Shown: positions 1 to 10,636 of the stretch, piece by piece | How the letters are laid out: each line of letters begins with the position of its first letter | How positions within the stretch are numbered: the stretch's first letter is position 1 | From: an uncultured bacterium | GTDB lineage: Bacteria > Krumholzibacteriota > Krumholzibacteriia > JACNKJ01 | Assembly (NCBI GenBank): GCA_963695095.1 | Contig: CAVOFT010000001.1 | Coordinates: 3,051,849 to 3,115,848 of the forward strand | DNA: 64,000 bases | Reading direction: 5' to 3' | Notes under the pieces: model-generated | Told to the model about the DNA's origin: nothing | The model's database searches: none | What the model saw: only the letters and a program-made list of their open reading frames with translations | Position numbers and translations under genes: made by a program

Positions 1-255
1 GAGATGGACGTCCCCACCCGCAGTTCCTACGTGCTCGCCGTGGTCCAGCCGGAGGAGCGGACGGTCGCCTCGGGCATCACCAATCTCGTCCGCCTGGGCG
101 GCTGGGCCGTGGCGCCCGCCCTGGCCGGCAGCCTGATGGACCCCGGGTCGCTCTACCTGCCGCTCGTCATCGGCGCCGGCATGAAGATCGCCTACGACCT
201 GCTGCTCTGGCGCGCATTTCGCGCGATCAAGCCACCGGAAGAGTCGCAGACGTAA
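1..255 (+). CDS. C-terminal fragment of a membrane transporter, MFS-like. The start lies upstream of the window.
   Basis: ORF 4..255 is hydrophobic TM-like sequence ending at TAA. There is no in-window start. Confidence 0.45.
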   Translation, partial: EMDVPTRSSYVLAVVQPEERTVASGITNLVRLGGWAVAPALAGSLMDPGSLYLPLVIGAGMKIAYDLLLWRAFRAIKPPEESQT

Positions 256-311
256 CTATTTAGCGTCACCTTTGCGATTCCGATAAAGTCCTGGCGGCAG
301 CACCCGATGAA

Positions 312-2548
312 TTGTTGAGCGATTCACCGGGAAAGGTCGCCATGCAAACTGAGCTGGAGCTGAGGGAAGCGCTGGCGCGTGACATCGACAGCCTCGCCGA
401 TCAGCTCTCCCAGGCCGCCGACGGCAACTTCGACTTCCGTGTACATACGGACTCCGCCGATGCGCGCGTGCAGAAGCTCGGGACGCTGGTCAACATCGTG
501 GTCGAGAGCGCGCGCCGGGCCATCGCCGAGCTCAAGCAGGAGCATCGCAGGCTGCAGGAAAGCGAGCAGCGGCACCGCGACTACATCGCGAACACGCCCC
601 TCGGCGTGTTCGTCACCGATGAGCGGGGCCGCTACGTCCAGGTCAACCCGGCGGCCTGCCGCATGACCGGCTACGCGGAGCACGAGCTGCTGGCCATGAG
701 GATCCCCGATCTCCTGGGCCGAGAGGGCATCGCCGCCGGGATGCGCTACTCCAGGCTGTCGCCGAGGCAGGCGAGGCGCATGACGAGTTCCGTTTCCGCA
801 CCAAGAGCGGCGAGCTGCGCTGGTGGTCCGTCTCCGCCGTGAAGCTGTCGGAGTCCCGTTTCATCGGCTTCTGCAGCGACATCAGCGAGCGCAAGCGCGC
901 CGAGGAGGCGCTACGGGAATCGCGCGAAGTGCTGCAGGGTGTTCTCGATGCCATCCCGGTGCGGGTCTTCTGGAAAGACAGAGAACCTGGTCTACCTCGG
1001 CTGCAATGCGGCCTTCGCGGGGGATGCGGGGGTCGCGGGGCCCGAGGCGGTCATCGGCAAGGACGACTTCGCGATGGGCTGGCGGGACCAGGCGGAGCTT
1101 TATCGAGCCGACGATCGCGCCGTGATCGAAGGCGGGCAAGCCAGACTCCTCATCGAGGAGCCGCAGACGACGCCCGACGGCGGGCAGATCCACCTGCTGA
1201 CGAGCAAGCTCCCCCTCCGCGCCGCCGACGGCGCCATCGTCGGCGTGCTCGGCACCTACTACGACATCACCCCCCTCCGCCGCGCGGAGCAGGACTACCG
1301 CACGCTGTTCCGCGAGATGCTGGACGGCTTCGCCTTGCACGAGATCATCTGCGACGCCGCCGGGCGGCCGGTGGATTACCGCTTCCTCGCCGCCAATCCG
1401 GCCTTCGAGCGCATGACCGGCCTCGAGGCGGCGGCGATCCTGGGGCGGACGGTCCTCGAGGTCCTGCCGGACCTCGACCGCTCCTGGATCGACACCTACG
1501 GCAAGGTGGCGCTGAGCGGCGAGCCGGCTCACTTCGAGGACGAGGTCGCGTCCATGGGCAAGCGCTTCGCGGTGTCGGCCTTCCGGCCCGCGCCGGGCCA
1601 GTTCGCCTGCTTCATCGCCGACGTCACCGCCCAGCGGCTGGCGGAGGCGGAGCAGCGCCGCCTCGAGGAGCAGCTCGGCCAGTCGCAGAAGCTGCAGGCG
1701 GTCGGCCAGCTCGCCGCCGGCATCGCCCATGAGATCAACACGCCCGCGCAGTTCGTGGGCGACAGCATCCAGTTCCTCGGCGACAGCATCGCGCCGATCG
1801 AGTCCCTCCTCGCGAAGTCCGGCGGCGGCTGGCCGACCTGCCGGCCACTGCCGAGCACGAGGAGCTGCGCGCGCAGATCGCGGCGGTCGAGGCCGCCGTC
1901 GACATCAACTTCGTGCTCGAGAACTTCCCCGGCGCCGTGGCCGACGCCAAGGACGGCGTCTCGCGGATCTCCACCATCGTGCGCGCGATGAAGGAATTCG
2001 CGCATCCGGACCAGAACGAGAAGGCCGCGGCAGATCTCAATCGCGCCCTCGAATCCACGCTGACCATCGCGCGCAGCGAGTACAAGTACGTGGCCGAGCT
2101 GGTCACCGAATTCGGCGAGATGCCGCCGGTGATCTGCCACCTCGGCGACCTGAACCAGGTCTTCCTCAACCTGCTGGTGAACGCCGCCCATGCGATCGGC
2201 GATGTCGTCGGCACGAGCGGCGCGCTGGGGACCATCCGCGTGCGCACGGCCCGCGAGGGCGACTGCGCGCGCATCGACATCGAAGACACGGGTGGCGGCA
2301 TTCCCGAGGCCGTCCGCGATCGCGTCTTCGAGCCCTTCTTCACGACCAAGGCGGTCGGCAAGGGCACCGGACAGGGCCTGGCCATCGCCCATGCGATCGT
2401 CGTCGGGAAGCACGGCGGCACGCTGCGCTTCACTTCCGAACTCGGCAAGGGCACCTGCTTCACGATTCGCCTGCCGCTCGTCCCCGTCGTCCCCGCGGCG
2501 ACGCCGCTCCCCTCCCACCAGTCACCGACTGGAGAAGGATCGACATGA
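312..2548 (+). pseudogene. PAS/PAC-domain sensor histidine kinase, reading frame broken at least 3 times
   Basis: Four consecutive ORF pieces (312..842, 839..~960, 939..1991, 1913..2548) alternate between two frames. Together they give two PAS/PAC domains, a coiled coil, a HisKA H-box (AAGIAHEINTP) and an HATPase_c domain (G-boxes DTGGGIP, GKGTGQGLAIA). Confidence 0.75.
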
Positions 2549-3144
2549 ACCAGACTTCCGTGACCGCGGACGCCCAGACGCCGCCGGCAAGCGACACCCT
2601 CAGCACGGTGCTCTTCGTGGACGACGAGCCGAAGATCCTCACCGGATTGCGCGTGGCGCTGCGCAAGTTTCCCTTCCGGATCCTCACGGCGAATTCGGCC
2701 GCCGAGGCCCTGGCCGCGCTCGCTGAGCAGCATGTGGACGTGGTGGTCTCCGACGAGCAGATGCCGCTGATGTCGGGCTCGCAACTGCTGAGCGTGGTGC
2801 GCAAGCAGCATCCGGAGACGATTCGGATCATCCTCACGGGCCAGGCGAGCCTCGAAGCCGCAGTGCGCGCCATCAACGAGGGAGAGGTCTATCGCTTCCT
2901 GGCCAAGCCCTGCAATCCGATGGATCTCGCGAACACCATTCTCGGCGGTCTGCAGCTGCGCGATCTCGCCAGGCAGAGCTCGCGCCTGCTGTCCCGGACG
3001 CGCCAGCAGCAGGCCGTCCTGCGCAAGCTCGAGAGCCAGCATCCCGGCATCAGCGAGGTCAAGGTGGACGCGGGCGGCGCCATCCAGCTCGAGGCCGGCG
3101 ATCTGCAGAGCCTGATCCGGGAACTCGAGCAGGAAAACCGCTAG
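2545..3144 (+). CDS. Response regulator with a receiver domain only, plus a coiled-coil tail
   Basis: ATG at 2545 overlaps the kinase stop as ATGA and a GGAGAAGG RBS lies upstream. Receiver motifs are present: VLFVDDE, VVVSDEQMP, LTGQAS. It is an intact 199-aa ORF. Confidence 0.85.
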   Translation: MNQTSVTADAQTPPASDTLSTVLFVDDEPKILTGLRVALRKFPFRILTANSAAEALAALAEQHVDVVVSDEQMPLMSGSQLLSVVRKQHPETIRIILTGQASLEAAVRAINEGEVYRFLAKPCNPMDLANTILGGLQLRDLARQSSRLLSRTRQQQAVLRKLESQHPGISEVKVDAGGAIQLEAGDLQSLIRELEQENR

Positions 3145-3257
3145 CGCCGGGTTGCCGGGCGGCGGCGTTCCCCCTCGGCGCTGCCAGCCCCCCAACCCCT
3201 GTCCTTGACAGCCGGCAGCCTGCCATGCCCACCTGCGGCAACTCAGGAGGTGCCGCC

Positions 3258-3701
3258 ATGGCCGAGACTGGCCTGTTCGCGAAGTGGATCCGCTCGGGTC
3301 CCGCCCTGCATAGCCTGCTGCGCATCGTGGCCGCGCTCATGTTCCTGCAGGCCGGCACGATGAAGCTCTTCGCCTGGCCGATGGGCATGCCGCCGGACGG
3401 CAGCACCGCGAAGCTCCTCACGCAGATCGGCATCGGCGGCCTGCTCGAGGTGGGCGGCGGCCTGCTCATGTTCGTGGGCCTCTTCACGCGGCCCGTCGCC
3501 TTCCTGCTCGCCGGCGAGATGGCCGTGGCCTACTTCCAGTTCCACCAGCCGCAAGGCCTCTGGCCCGTGCAGAACGGCGGCGTGGCGGCCGCGCTCTACT
3601 GCTTCGTCTGGCTCTACTTCTCCGCTGCCGGGGCAGGACCCTGGAGCCTCGACGCGCGCCGGAGCGCCCCTCGCCGATATCGGAGCGATAAGGCTGATTA
3701 G
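3258..3701 (+). CDS. DoxX family membrane protein
   Basis: Four predicted TM helices. The protein resembles DoxX (LLRIVAALMFLQAGTMKLF...GGLLEVGGGLLMFVGLF). The internal Met at 3258 is the preferred start. Confidence 0.75.
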   Translation: MAETGLFAKWIRSGPALHSLLRIVAALMFLQAGTMKLFAWPMGMPPDGSTAKLLTQIGIGGLLEVGGGLLMFVGLFTRPVAFLLAGEMAVAYFQFHQPQGLWPVQNGGVAAALYCFVWLYFSAAGAGPWSLDARRSAPRRYRSDKAD

Positions 3702-3814
3702 CACTTGTTGCCCGCCAGGCTTGCGCGGGAGAGCGCGCTGCGGGATAATGAAGCTGTGAGTGCTGCCGGCCCCGCGCGAGCGCTGCGCCGAATAACCTGA
3801 ACAGGGAGGGCGAG

Positions 3815-4337
3815 ATGGCCGCAACTCCAGGCCGGAGCGCCCAGGCGGCCGCGAGCGAGTTGCGGCTCACTCGCGAGCTTGCCGCGCCGCCGAGCCTCGT
3901 CTTCCGCGCCTGGACGGAGACCGCGCGCCTGCGCCAGTGGTGGGGGCCGCGCGGCTTCACGGTGATCGGGATGGCCAACGACCCGCGCCCGGGCGGCATC
4001 TGCCACTACGGCCTCGCCGCCCCGGATGGCCGGGTGCTCTGGGAGCGCTGGGTCTACCGTGAGATCCAGCCGCCCGACCGGCTCGTCCTCGTCGCTTCCT
4101 TCGCGGACGCCGAGGGTCGCGTCATCCGCCACCCGGTCGCCACCGACTGGCCCATGGAGACGCAGATCAGCCTCGACTTCGCGGCCTTCGGGAGCGACAC
4201 ACGGCTGACCCTCTGCAGCGCCCCCGACGGCGCAGGCCGCCGAGCAGCAGGCCTTCCGCGACGGCCACGCCTCCATGCAAGCGGGCTGGGAAGGCACCCT
4301 GGCCGCACTCGCTGCCCATCTGTCCAGAAATCCCTAG
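3815..4337 (+). CDS. SRPBCC / AHSA1 (activator of Hsp90 ATPase homolog) domain protein, with one frameshift near 4225
   Basis: The N-terminal 135 aa are AHSA1-like (LVFRAWTETARLRQWWGP...). The conserved C-terminus (EQQAFRDGHASMQAGWEGTLAALAAHL*) appears in another frame and ends at TAG ~4337. Confidence 0.6.
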
Positions 4338-4376
4338 GCGGTCAGCGGCCGGCGGGGCCAGATCCGGCAGCGACGC

Positions 4377-4766
4377 TCAGTCGCCCTCGCCGCGACCGTG
4401 ACCATGACCATGGAGGCCGCAGGTGGCATCGGGGTCCACTTCGACGAGGGCTTCGCGCTCCAGATCGGCAAGCGTGGCGGCGACCGTGGGCTGGCCCGCA
4501 AGGTAGATCCGGAGGCCCGCGGCCTGCAGCTTGCCGAGCGCTCCTGCTGCCGATACCGCCAACGGCGATCGCGTCCATGGCCTCACCGGCCAGGACGGCC
4601 AGCGGCTGGCACATCCCGTGCGCATGGTGCTGGTCTGTTGATTGGCGATGCTGCGGCAGTCGCCGCTCTCGGTGTCGACGACGAGAAAGAGCGGCGCTGA
4701 GCCGAAGTGCGCGCAGACGGGGCTCTTCAGGCCGGCGTCCTTGGTGACGGGAATGCAGAGTTTCAT
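4377..4766 (-). CDS. NifX/NifB-C-like dinitrogenase FeMo-cofactor biosynthesis domain protein, internally frameshifted
   Basis: The N-terminus reads [28 protein letters not shown]. The family motif [27 protein letters not shown] is in the overlapping ORF 4342..4965(-) frame. An AAGGAGAG RBS precedes the start. Confidence 0.6.
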   Translation of the reverse strand: MKLCIPVTKDAGLKSPVCAHFGSAPLFLVVDTESGDCRSIANQQTSTMRTGCASRWPSWPVRPWTRSPLAVSAAGALGKLQAAGLRIYLAGQPTVAATLADLEREALVEVDPDATCGLHGHGHGRGEGD

Positions 4767-4929
4767 GGATCCTCTCCTTGTTCGGGTGCCTCCCAGCCCG
4801 CCCGGCAGCGGCCGCCGCGATGCGGCTGAAGGTAGAACGCGACACGCCCATGCGTGCGGCGGCCTCCTCTTGATAGAGCCCCTCCAGATCGGCCAGGCGG
4901 AGGGCTTCCAGTTCGTCGAGGGTCATGGC
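4766..4929 (-). CDS. DUF134-family small helix-turn-helix protein (sigma-70 region 4-like)
   Basis: [36 protein letters not shown] is the classic DUF134 N-terminus, which is commonly paired with NifX-like genes. In a +1 frame the 3' end terminates with TGA overlapping the downstream ATG (ATGA), so an indel near the 3' end is likely. Confidence 0.45.
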
Positions 4930-5003
4930 GATGGACTCCAGCGCGCGCAGCGGGCCGAGCTGCACCCAGGCGATCTCGCCCCGCTCGCCACTACAGGCTT
5001 GCC

Positions 5004-7321
5004 TCAGTCCGCGAGGCCCATTCTAGCCAGGAAGGCCGCCCAGCGCGGATCGGCGTGCAGCAACGCAAAGGAAGGCTCGCGCTTGACCTCGCTGAGACCC
5101 GCGTCGCGCTGGGCATAGGAGCGCTCAAGCCAGGCGAAGGCCGGCTCGACTTCCCCGCGCAGAGCGAAGGCAGCCGCGATCTGGTAGGCACCGTCATCCG
5201 GATAGTCCGCGACGAGCGTGGCGAGCGCACGGTCAGATTCTTCCTGGCGACCGAGGACATGATAGGCGACGGCGAGGGACATGAGTCGCGCCCACTCCTC
5301 GGGCTCGCGCTCGGCTTCAGCCAGCGCCTCCTCGTTCCGACCCTGGCCAAGGAGAACCGAACCCAGCATCATCCGCGTCCCGACTCGCTGCGGCGAGATC
5401 TCCAGTACCCGCCGATAGGCGGCCTCCGCCTCCGCCAGCATCCCGGCTGCCCGATAGCTCATGCCGAGCCCTGCGTAACCGCCGGCGCTCAGGGGATCCT
5501 GCTCAACAGCCCGCTGCCCCAACACGATGGCCTCATCCACGCGGCCCAGATCGCGCGCCAGCGTGGCGGCTCCGCGCAGGACATCGGCGCGGCCGGGGGC
5601 GATCGCGAGGGCCCGGCGATGCGAGGCATCGGCGGCCTGCCAGTCCCAGTCGTAGGATGTCTGGAGCGTGGCCAAGGCCAGGTGACCCTCGATCAACTCG
5701 GGCTCGAGCGCCAGCGCCCGCTCGGCCGCCTCCCGCGCAAGCCCGTGGCCCTTCGCCAGGGGAGTCCAGCTATAGCCCGCCTCGTGCCAGTGGGCGCGCG
5801 AGAGACAGGCCCAGGCCAGCGCGTGGCCCGGATCGATGGCAAGCGCCTGGCGCAGGTACTCGATGCCCTTGGCGATGTCCTCGCGCCCGAGGCGATCGAC
5901 GAGGAAGCGTCCCTGCAGGAAGAGCCGGTGGGCCTCGCTGCTCTCGCCGCGGCCCCTGGCCGCCGCGGCAACCTCGGCCCGCGCCTCGCCGCTCGCCTTC
6001 GAGTGGGCGGCCTCGCCGAGCAGGGTCGTGCGCAGCTCCTTCACCACCGACTGCGCGATGTCGTCCTGCACCGCGAAGATGTCCTCCAGCGTGCGGTCGT
6101 AGGTCTCCGACCAGAGCTGGTAGCCGTCGGCCACCTTCACGAGCTGCACGGCGATGCGCACGCGGTTGCCCACCTTGCGCACGCTGCCCTCGAGAACGCT
6201 GGCCACGTTGAGCGGCATGCCCTACGTCCGAGACCGTTGCATCCTTGCCCTTGAAGCTGAAGGCCGAGGATCGCGCCGCCACGCGCAGGCCGCTGATCTT
6301 TGCCAGCGTGCCCAGCAGCTCGTCGGCGAGGCCGTCGGCGAAGTACTCGTCTTCCTCGTCGCGGCTGCGGTTGACGAAGGGCAGCACGGCGATCGAAGGG
6401 ACTTTCTGCGCAGCCGCTGCGGCGGCGCCCGAGTCGAGACGTGGCGCCGGCGGGCGCGACTCCATGCTGCTGCGCAGCAGCTTCCAGCTCGTTGCGCACG
6501 TCCTTCGCGGTCTGGAACCGTCGCTCGGGATCCTTCACCAGGCAACGGCCGATGATGCGCTCGAGGTCGGCGGGCAGCTCCGCGCGCAGGCTCGCGAGCG
6601 GCGCCGGCGGGTCGCGCAGGATCGCCGAGCTGACATCGGCAGCGTCGCGCCGGCGAACGGGCGCCGGCCCGTTGCGAGTTCGTAGAGCATGATGCCCAGC
6701 GCGAAGAGGTCCGTGCGCGCATCGACCGCCTCGCCGCGGAGCTGCTCGGGCGCCATGTACGGGCACGGTGCCCAGCACCTGGCCCGGCGACGGAGATGCG
6801 GTTCGACGGCGGCGAGCGTGCGCGTCTCGGCCAGGGCCGCATTCACCCGGCCAGCTTGGCGAGGCCGAAGTCGAGCACCTTCACGCGGCCCTCGCGCGTG
6901 AGCATGACGTTGGCGGGCTTGAGGTCGCGGTGGACGACGCCCTTCTCGTGCGCGGCGGCGAGGGCGTCGGCCAGGCGGGATCGCCAGCTCGAGCAGGCGG
7001 GCCAGCGGCAGGCCGCCGGGGCGACCAGCTGTCGAGCGCCCTGCCCGTCGACCAGCTCCATGGTCAGGAAGTGGCGTCCCTCGGCCTCCTCGATCGAGTG
7101 GAGCGTGACGATGTTGGGGTGGTTGAGCGCGGCGACCGCGCGGGCCTCGCGCTCGAAGCGGGCCAGGCGCTCGGCGCGCGGCCACGCCGCGGGCAGCACC
7201 TTGAGCGCGACCTCGCGGCCGAGCCGGCGTCGCGGGCGCGGTAGACCTCGCCCATGCCGCCCGCGCCGAGGGGCAGCGAGGATCTCGTAGCCGCCGGGCG
7301 CGTGCCGGGTGCAAGGAACAT
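5004..7321 (-). pseudogene. Ser/Thr protein kinase with a TolB-N/CadC-like domain and TPR repeats (BTAD-like), broken by at least 4 frame switches
   Basis: The kinase is spread over minus-strand ORFs 7064..7321 (glycine loop [13 protein letters not shown]), 6843..7358 ([23 protein letters not shown]) and 6137..6778 (C-lobe). ORF 5770..6465 carries SIAVLPFVNRS..FADGLADEL. ORF 5004..6218 carries the TPR region. Confidence 0.75.
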
Positions 7322-7414
7322 GGGGTTTCAGGTTCCGGCCGCGGAGCCCCGCTGTCAAAGCGCGCTACCCGCCCTGCCGCGGCCGGCGATCCTGCGTTGC
7401 CGGCCAGATCCGCC

Positions 7415-8059
7415 TCATTGCCGCCAGCGGACGATTATGTCCTGCTCGGGCAGGAAATCCGTGGCTTCGTAGGTCCAGACCGTCTCCTCGCCCTCGCGCC
7501 GTGTGAACGGGAAACTGAACTCGAGCGGTTCGGCGCCGGCGGGCAAGCGGATCTCGAAGGCGGCTCGCGCAGCGGGCTGCCCCAGGCCTTGGTGGTCGTC
7601 ACGATGTAGCGCGCGTATTCGGTGCGGGAGCTGCTGGCGATAGATCGCCTCGACGACGAGCGTATCGCTCGGGCAAGGCGGCAGCCACCAGCGCACGACC
7701 CACTGGCCCGGCACTGCCTCCCAGCGCGCCGGCAGCGCGGGGCCGCTGGCGCCGGCCCGCACCGCGAGCGAGACGAAGCGCCAGCCGCCGAGCAGCGAGT
7801 CGCGCGGGAAGGGATAGAAGAGCGGGAAGCGCCTCGCTCTCCCCCCCGCAAGCAGCAGGTAGCTGCCGCGCACCTCGAGGCTGTCGCCGACGATGCTCAG
7901 GCAGATGCGCTCGGAGTCGAAGACGAGCGGGCAGGCTGCGCGCGAAGGCGTCGCGCGGCCGGGTGGCACCCGGCGCTTCCCCGTCGCGCAGGCCAGCGCT
8001 TGCGCGAGCAGGCCGAGCGTCAAGGCGGCGGCAAGCGCGGCAGCACGCGCAACCGTCAC
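7415..8059 (-). CDS. Hypothetical lipoprotein
   Basis: An intact 214-aa ORF with a lipoprotein signal (..[10 protein letters not shown]). There is no recognisable family. Confidence 0.5.
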   Translation of the reverse strand: MTVARAAALAAALTLGLLAQALACATGKRRVPPGRATPSRAACPLVFDSERICLSIVGDSLEVRGSYLLLAGGRARRFPLFYPFPRDSLLGGWRFVSLAVRAGASGPALPARWEAVPGQWVVRWWLPPCPSDTLVVEAIYRQQLPHRIRALHRDDHQGLGQPAARAAFEIRLPAGAEPLEFSFPFTRREGEETVWTYEATDFLPEQDIIVRWRQ

Positions 8060-8089
8060 CCCAGCTTGCGCGACTCGAGCCGCCCATCA

Positions 8090-8940
8090 GGGTAGAGCGT
8101 CTTGATCGCGCCCCAGCTCGGCGACGCCGTCGGCGTCGTCCTCGCCGACGATGAAGGTGACCGGCAGGCAGCGCCCCATAGGGCTGGCCGCGCGCACCCA
8201 GGCTGGCGTCGGTCGCCGACGGCGAGGCCGCTCGCGTCGGCGGTGACAGCCAGCCGGTGATGGTTGAAGCCGATGGTAGTCGTCGAGGTGCTCGAGCCAG
8301 TCCGCCAGCGGCGTCACCGCACCCAGCGAGCACAGATGCCCGCCCAGATCTCCGTCTCCGCCCACGGCCTGCCGCCGGGTGCGGCGCTGAGCTCAGCACT
8401 GGATGGGCGAAGTCGATCACGCAGTTGCGGTCCGTAGCCGCAGGGGATGTGCGTGTACTCGCAAGGCAAGCCGACCTCGGCGCCGCAGCCCTCGGCATAG
8501 CTCGGGAAGGGATTCCCGCAGTCGAGCGTGACGGTGCTTGCCCCAGGTGCTGGCGAAGCCGAAGCGCCCCGGCTCCGCTCACGTCGAAGACGAAGCGGGC
8601 GATCAGGAACACCTCGTGGAAGCTGATGGGCAGGTCGGGGGATCGAGTGACCCAGTAGTTCAGTCGCAGTGGAAGCGCGTAGGGCGGGAGGAGATTCCAG
8701 ATCGCCCCCCAGACGCCGCACACGGTCGCCGTCGACGAACTGCCAAGCCCTCCGGCCAGACCAGATCGCAGTCGACCGCCCGGATGTCCATCGGCTGGCC
8801 CGCCTGCTGCCAGTGGATCGGCTGAAGAAGAGCAGGAATTCCCAGGTGCCCAGCGCCGATGCGTCGTTGACGACTTGCTCGCAGTCGACGATGTCCGTCT
8901 CGCAGGGCCGGCGAACTCCTGCACGTGGCATGAGCAGCGC
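8090..8940 (-). pseudogene. Frameshifted Cys/Trp-rich hypothetical protein
   Basis: Protein-like segments sit in three minus-strand frames. Examples are PCETDIVDCEQVVNDASALGTWEF, IWNLLPPYALPLRLNYWVTRSPDLPISFHEVFLIARFVFDVSG and FPSYAEGCGAEVGLPCEYTHIPCGYGPQL. No family was recognised. Confidence 0.3.
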
Positions 8941-9411
8941 CGACTCGGGGGGGACGTTGGCCGCGCTCGGGCAGGACCGAGGCCAGGAGAAAGGTGGCAA
9001 CGCCGCCCAGCCCAGGCCAGCCGGAGCCACAAGCCGCGCGCGAAACCCTGCATGCCCCCGCCTCCTGCCCGCACACCGCAAAGGCTGACTCGATGCGGTC
9101 CCAGTGTAGCACCGCGTCGGGACGCCGTCGAGGTGCCGGCCGGCGACGCTTGACGCCGGCGCCGCGGCCGCTATCCTTGAGGCTTCACCCGCGGGCTATC
9201 CCGGAAAGGGCTGATGTCGACCGTTGCTCTCCATGAGGGACAGGCCTAGGGCGAAGCGGCAAGGCCACGCGGCCAAAGGGCCGTGCGCCGCTGCTTCGTC
9301 TCTCGCCTGCTCCCCTGCCAGCGCAGACCGCGCCGGGCGATACGCGCACCGGCGGCCGGGTTCTGCGCCGTTCGTGCACACCCCAACCGCACGCAAATGG
9401 AGAGCACCGCA

Positions 9412-10495
9412 ATGAGCGATCTGAAGGCCCTGGGTTTCGGCCCCTATTTCCAAGCACAATTCGAGGCGTGGGCCGAGCCCGCGCTGATTCCCGCCCGCGT
9501 CGCCGCCGAGCACCACGGCGCCTATGAAGTGTGGACGGCGAGCGACCGCCGGCCAGGCCAAGCTCGCCGGGCGCCTGCGCCGCGAGCTTGCGGAGAGCGA
9601 AGCGCCCACGGCCGGCGACTGGGTCGCCCTGCGCGAGGCGCCGGGCCCGGACAGCATCGCATTGATCGAGCGCGTCTTCGCGCGGCGCACGGTCTTCACC
9701 CGCGGCGCCGCGGGGCGCGAAGGCGGGTGCAGGTGGTGGCGGCCAATGTCGATCTCGTCTACGTGGTGAGCAGCATGGACGCCGACTTCAACCTGCACCG
9801 CATCCAGCGCTACCTGGCCCGCATCCACGCCGGCGGCGCCACGCCCGGCGTCATCTTGAACAAGGCGGATCTCTGCGCGGACGTGGCCGACCGTGTGCTC
9901 GACGTGGAGCTGGCCTGCCCCGGCGTGCCCGTCCACGCGGTGAGCGCGCTGCGCGGCGAGGGCGTCGCGGCCATCCGCGCGGCGGTCGGCCCGGGGATGA
10001 CCGCGGCCTTCCTCGGCTCCTCGGGGACGGGGAAGTCCACCCTGATCAATGCCCTCCTCGGCGAGGCGCGATGGCCACCGGCGCCGTGCGCGCCTACGAC
10101 GGCAAGCGGCCGCCACACCACCAGCCACCGGCAGCTCCTGCGCCTGCCCGGCGGCGGGCTGCTGCTCGACACGCCCGGCATGCGCGAGCTGCAGCTCGCT
10201 CGACGAGCGACGGGCTGGACGCGGTCTTCCCGGAGATCGCCGCGCTGGCCGCCGCAGTGCCGCTTCCCGGACTGCCGGCACGAGGGCGAGCCGGGCTGCG
10301 CCGTGCAGGCGGCGATGGCGGCGGGCGCGATCGGCGCCGAGGCGCTCGCGCACTGGCGCAAGCTCGAGAAGGAGGCCCACGCCTACGCGCTGCGGCAGGA
10401 CGTGCGCCTGCGGCGCGAGGCAGGAACGCGCCTGGGGACGCCGCTACGCGCAGGCGATCAAGGAGCTGAAGCCGAAGCGCCGCGAAGCGCGCTAG
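9412..10495 (+). pseudogene. rsgA: Ribosome small-subunit-dependent GTPase A (RsgA/YjeQ), broken by at least 3 frame switches
   Basis: An OB-fold N-terminus is followed by a circularly permuted GTPase (NVDLVYVVSS, ILNKADL, GSSGTGKSTLINAL) and a zinc-finger C-terminus (CRFPDCRHEGEPGCAV). The pieces lie in ORFs 9283..10509, 9524..9769 and 10049..10495. A GGAGAG RBS precedes the ATG at 9412. Confidence 0.7.
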
Positions 10496-10540
10496 CCTTG
10501 GGTCCTTGAGAGGCATGCGCACAAACGGCGCCTCCGCGCG

Positions 10541-10612
10541 CCGGCTTGCGGCCCTGGCCGAGGCGGAGTGTACACGTGTACAAAACAAGCCGCCCTGCCG
10601 GGTCGTGATCTG
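10541..10612 (+). repeat. ~70-bp remnant homologous to an internal segment of the DUF222-HNH gene at 31369..31438
   Basis: ~88% nucleotide identity, including the perfect palindrome TGTACACGTGTACA. It translates to ALAEAECTRVQNKPPCRVVIC, against ALAESECTRVQNEPPYQVVIY in the intact gene. It is intergenic, between rsgA and the pectate lyase gene. Confidence 0.6.
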
Positions 10613-10636
10613 CCCGGCGGGGACGCTGCGCGCCGA

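Noticed and set aside
882-3195. Long antisense ORFs (882..1730-, 1529..2518-, 1735..3195-) overlapping the histidine kinase and response regulator genes
   Set aside because: These are typical high-GC shadow ORFs. Their translations are Arg/Ala/Gly-rich with no domain signal, while the sense strand carries clear PAS/HisKA/HATPase/REC motifs.
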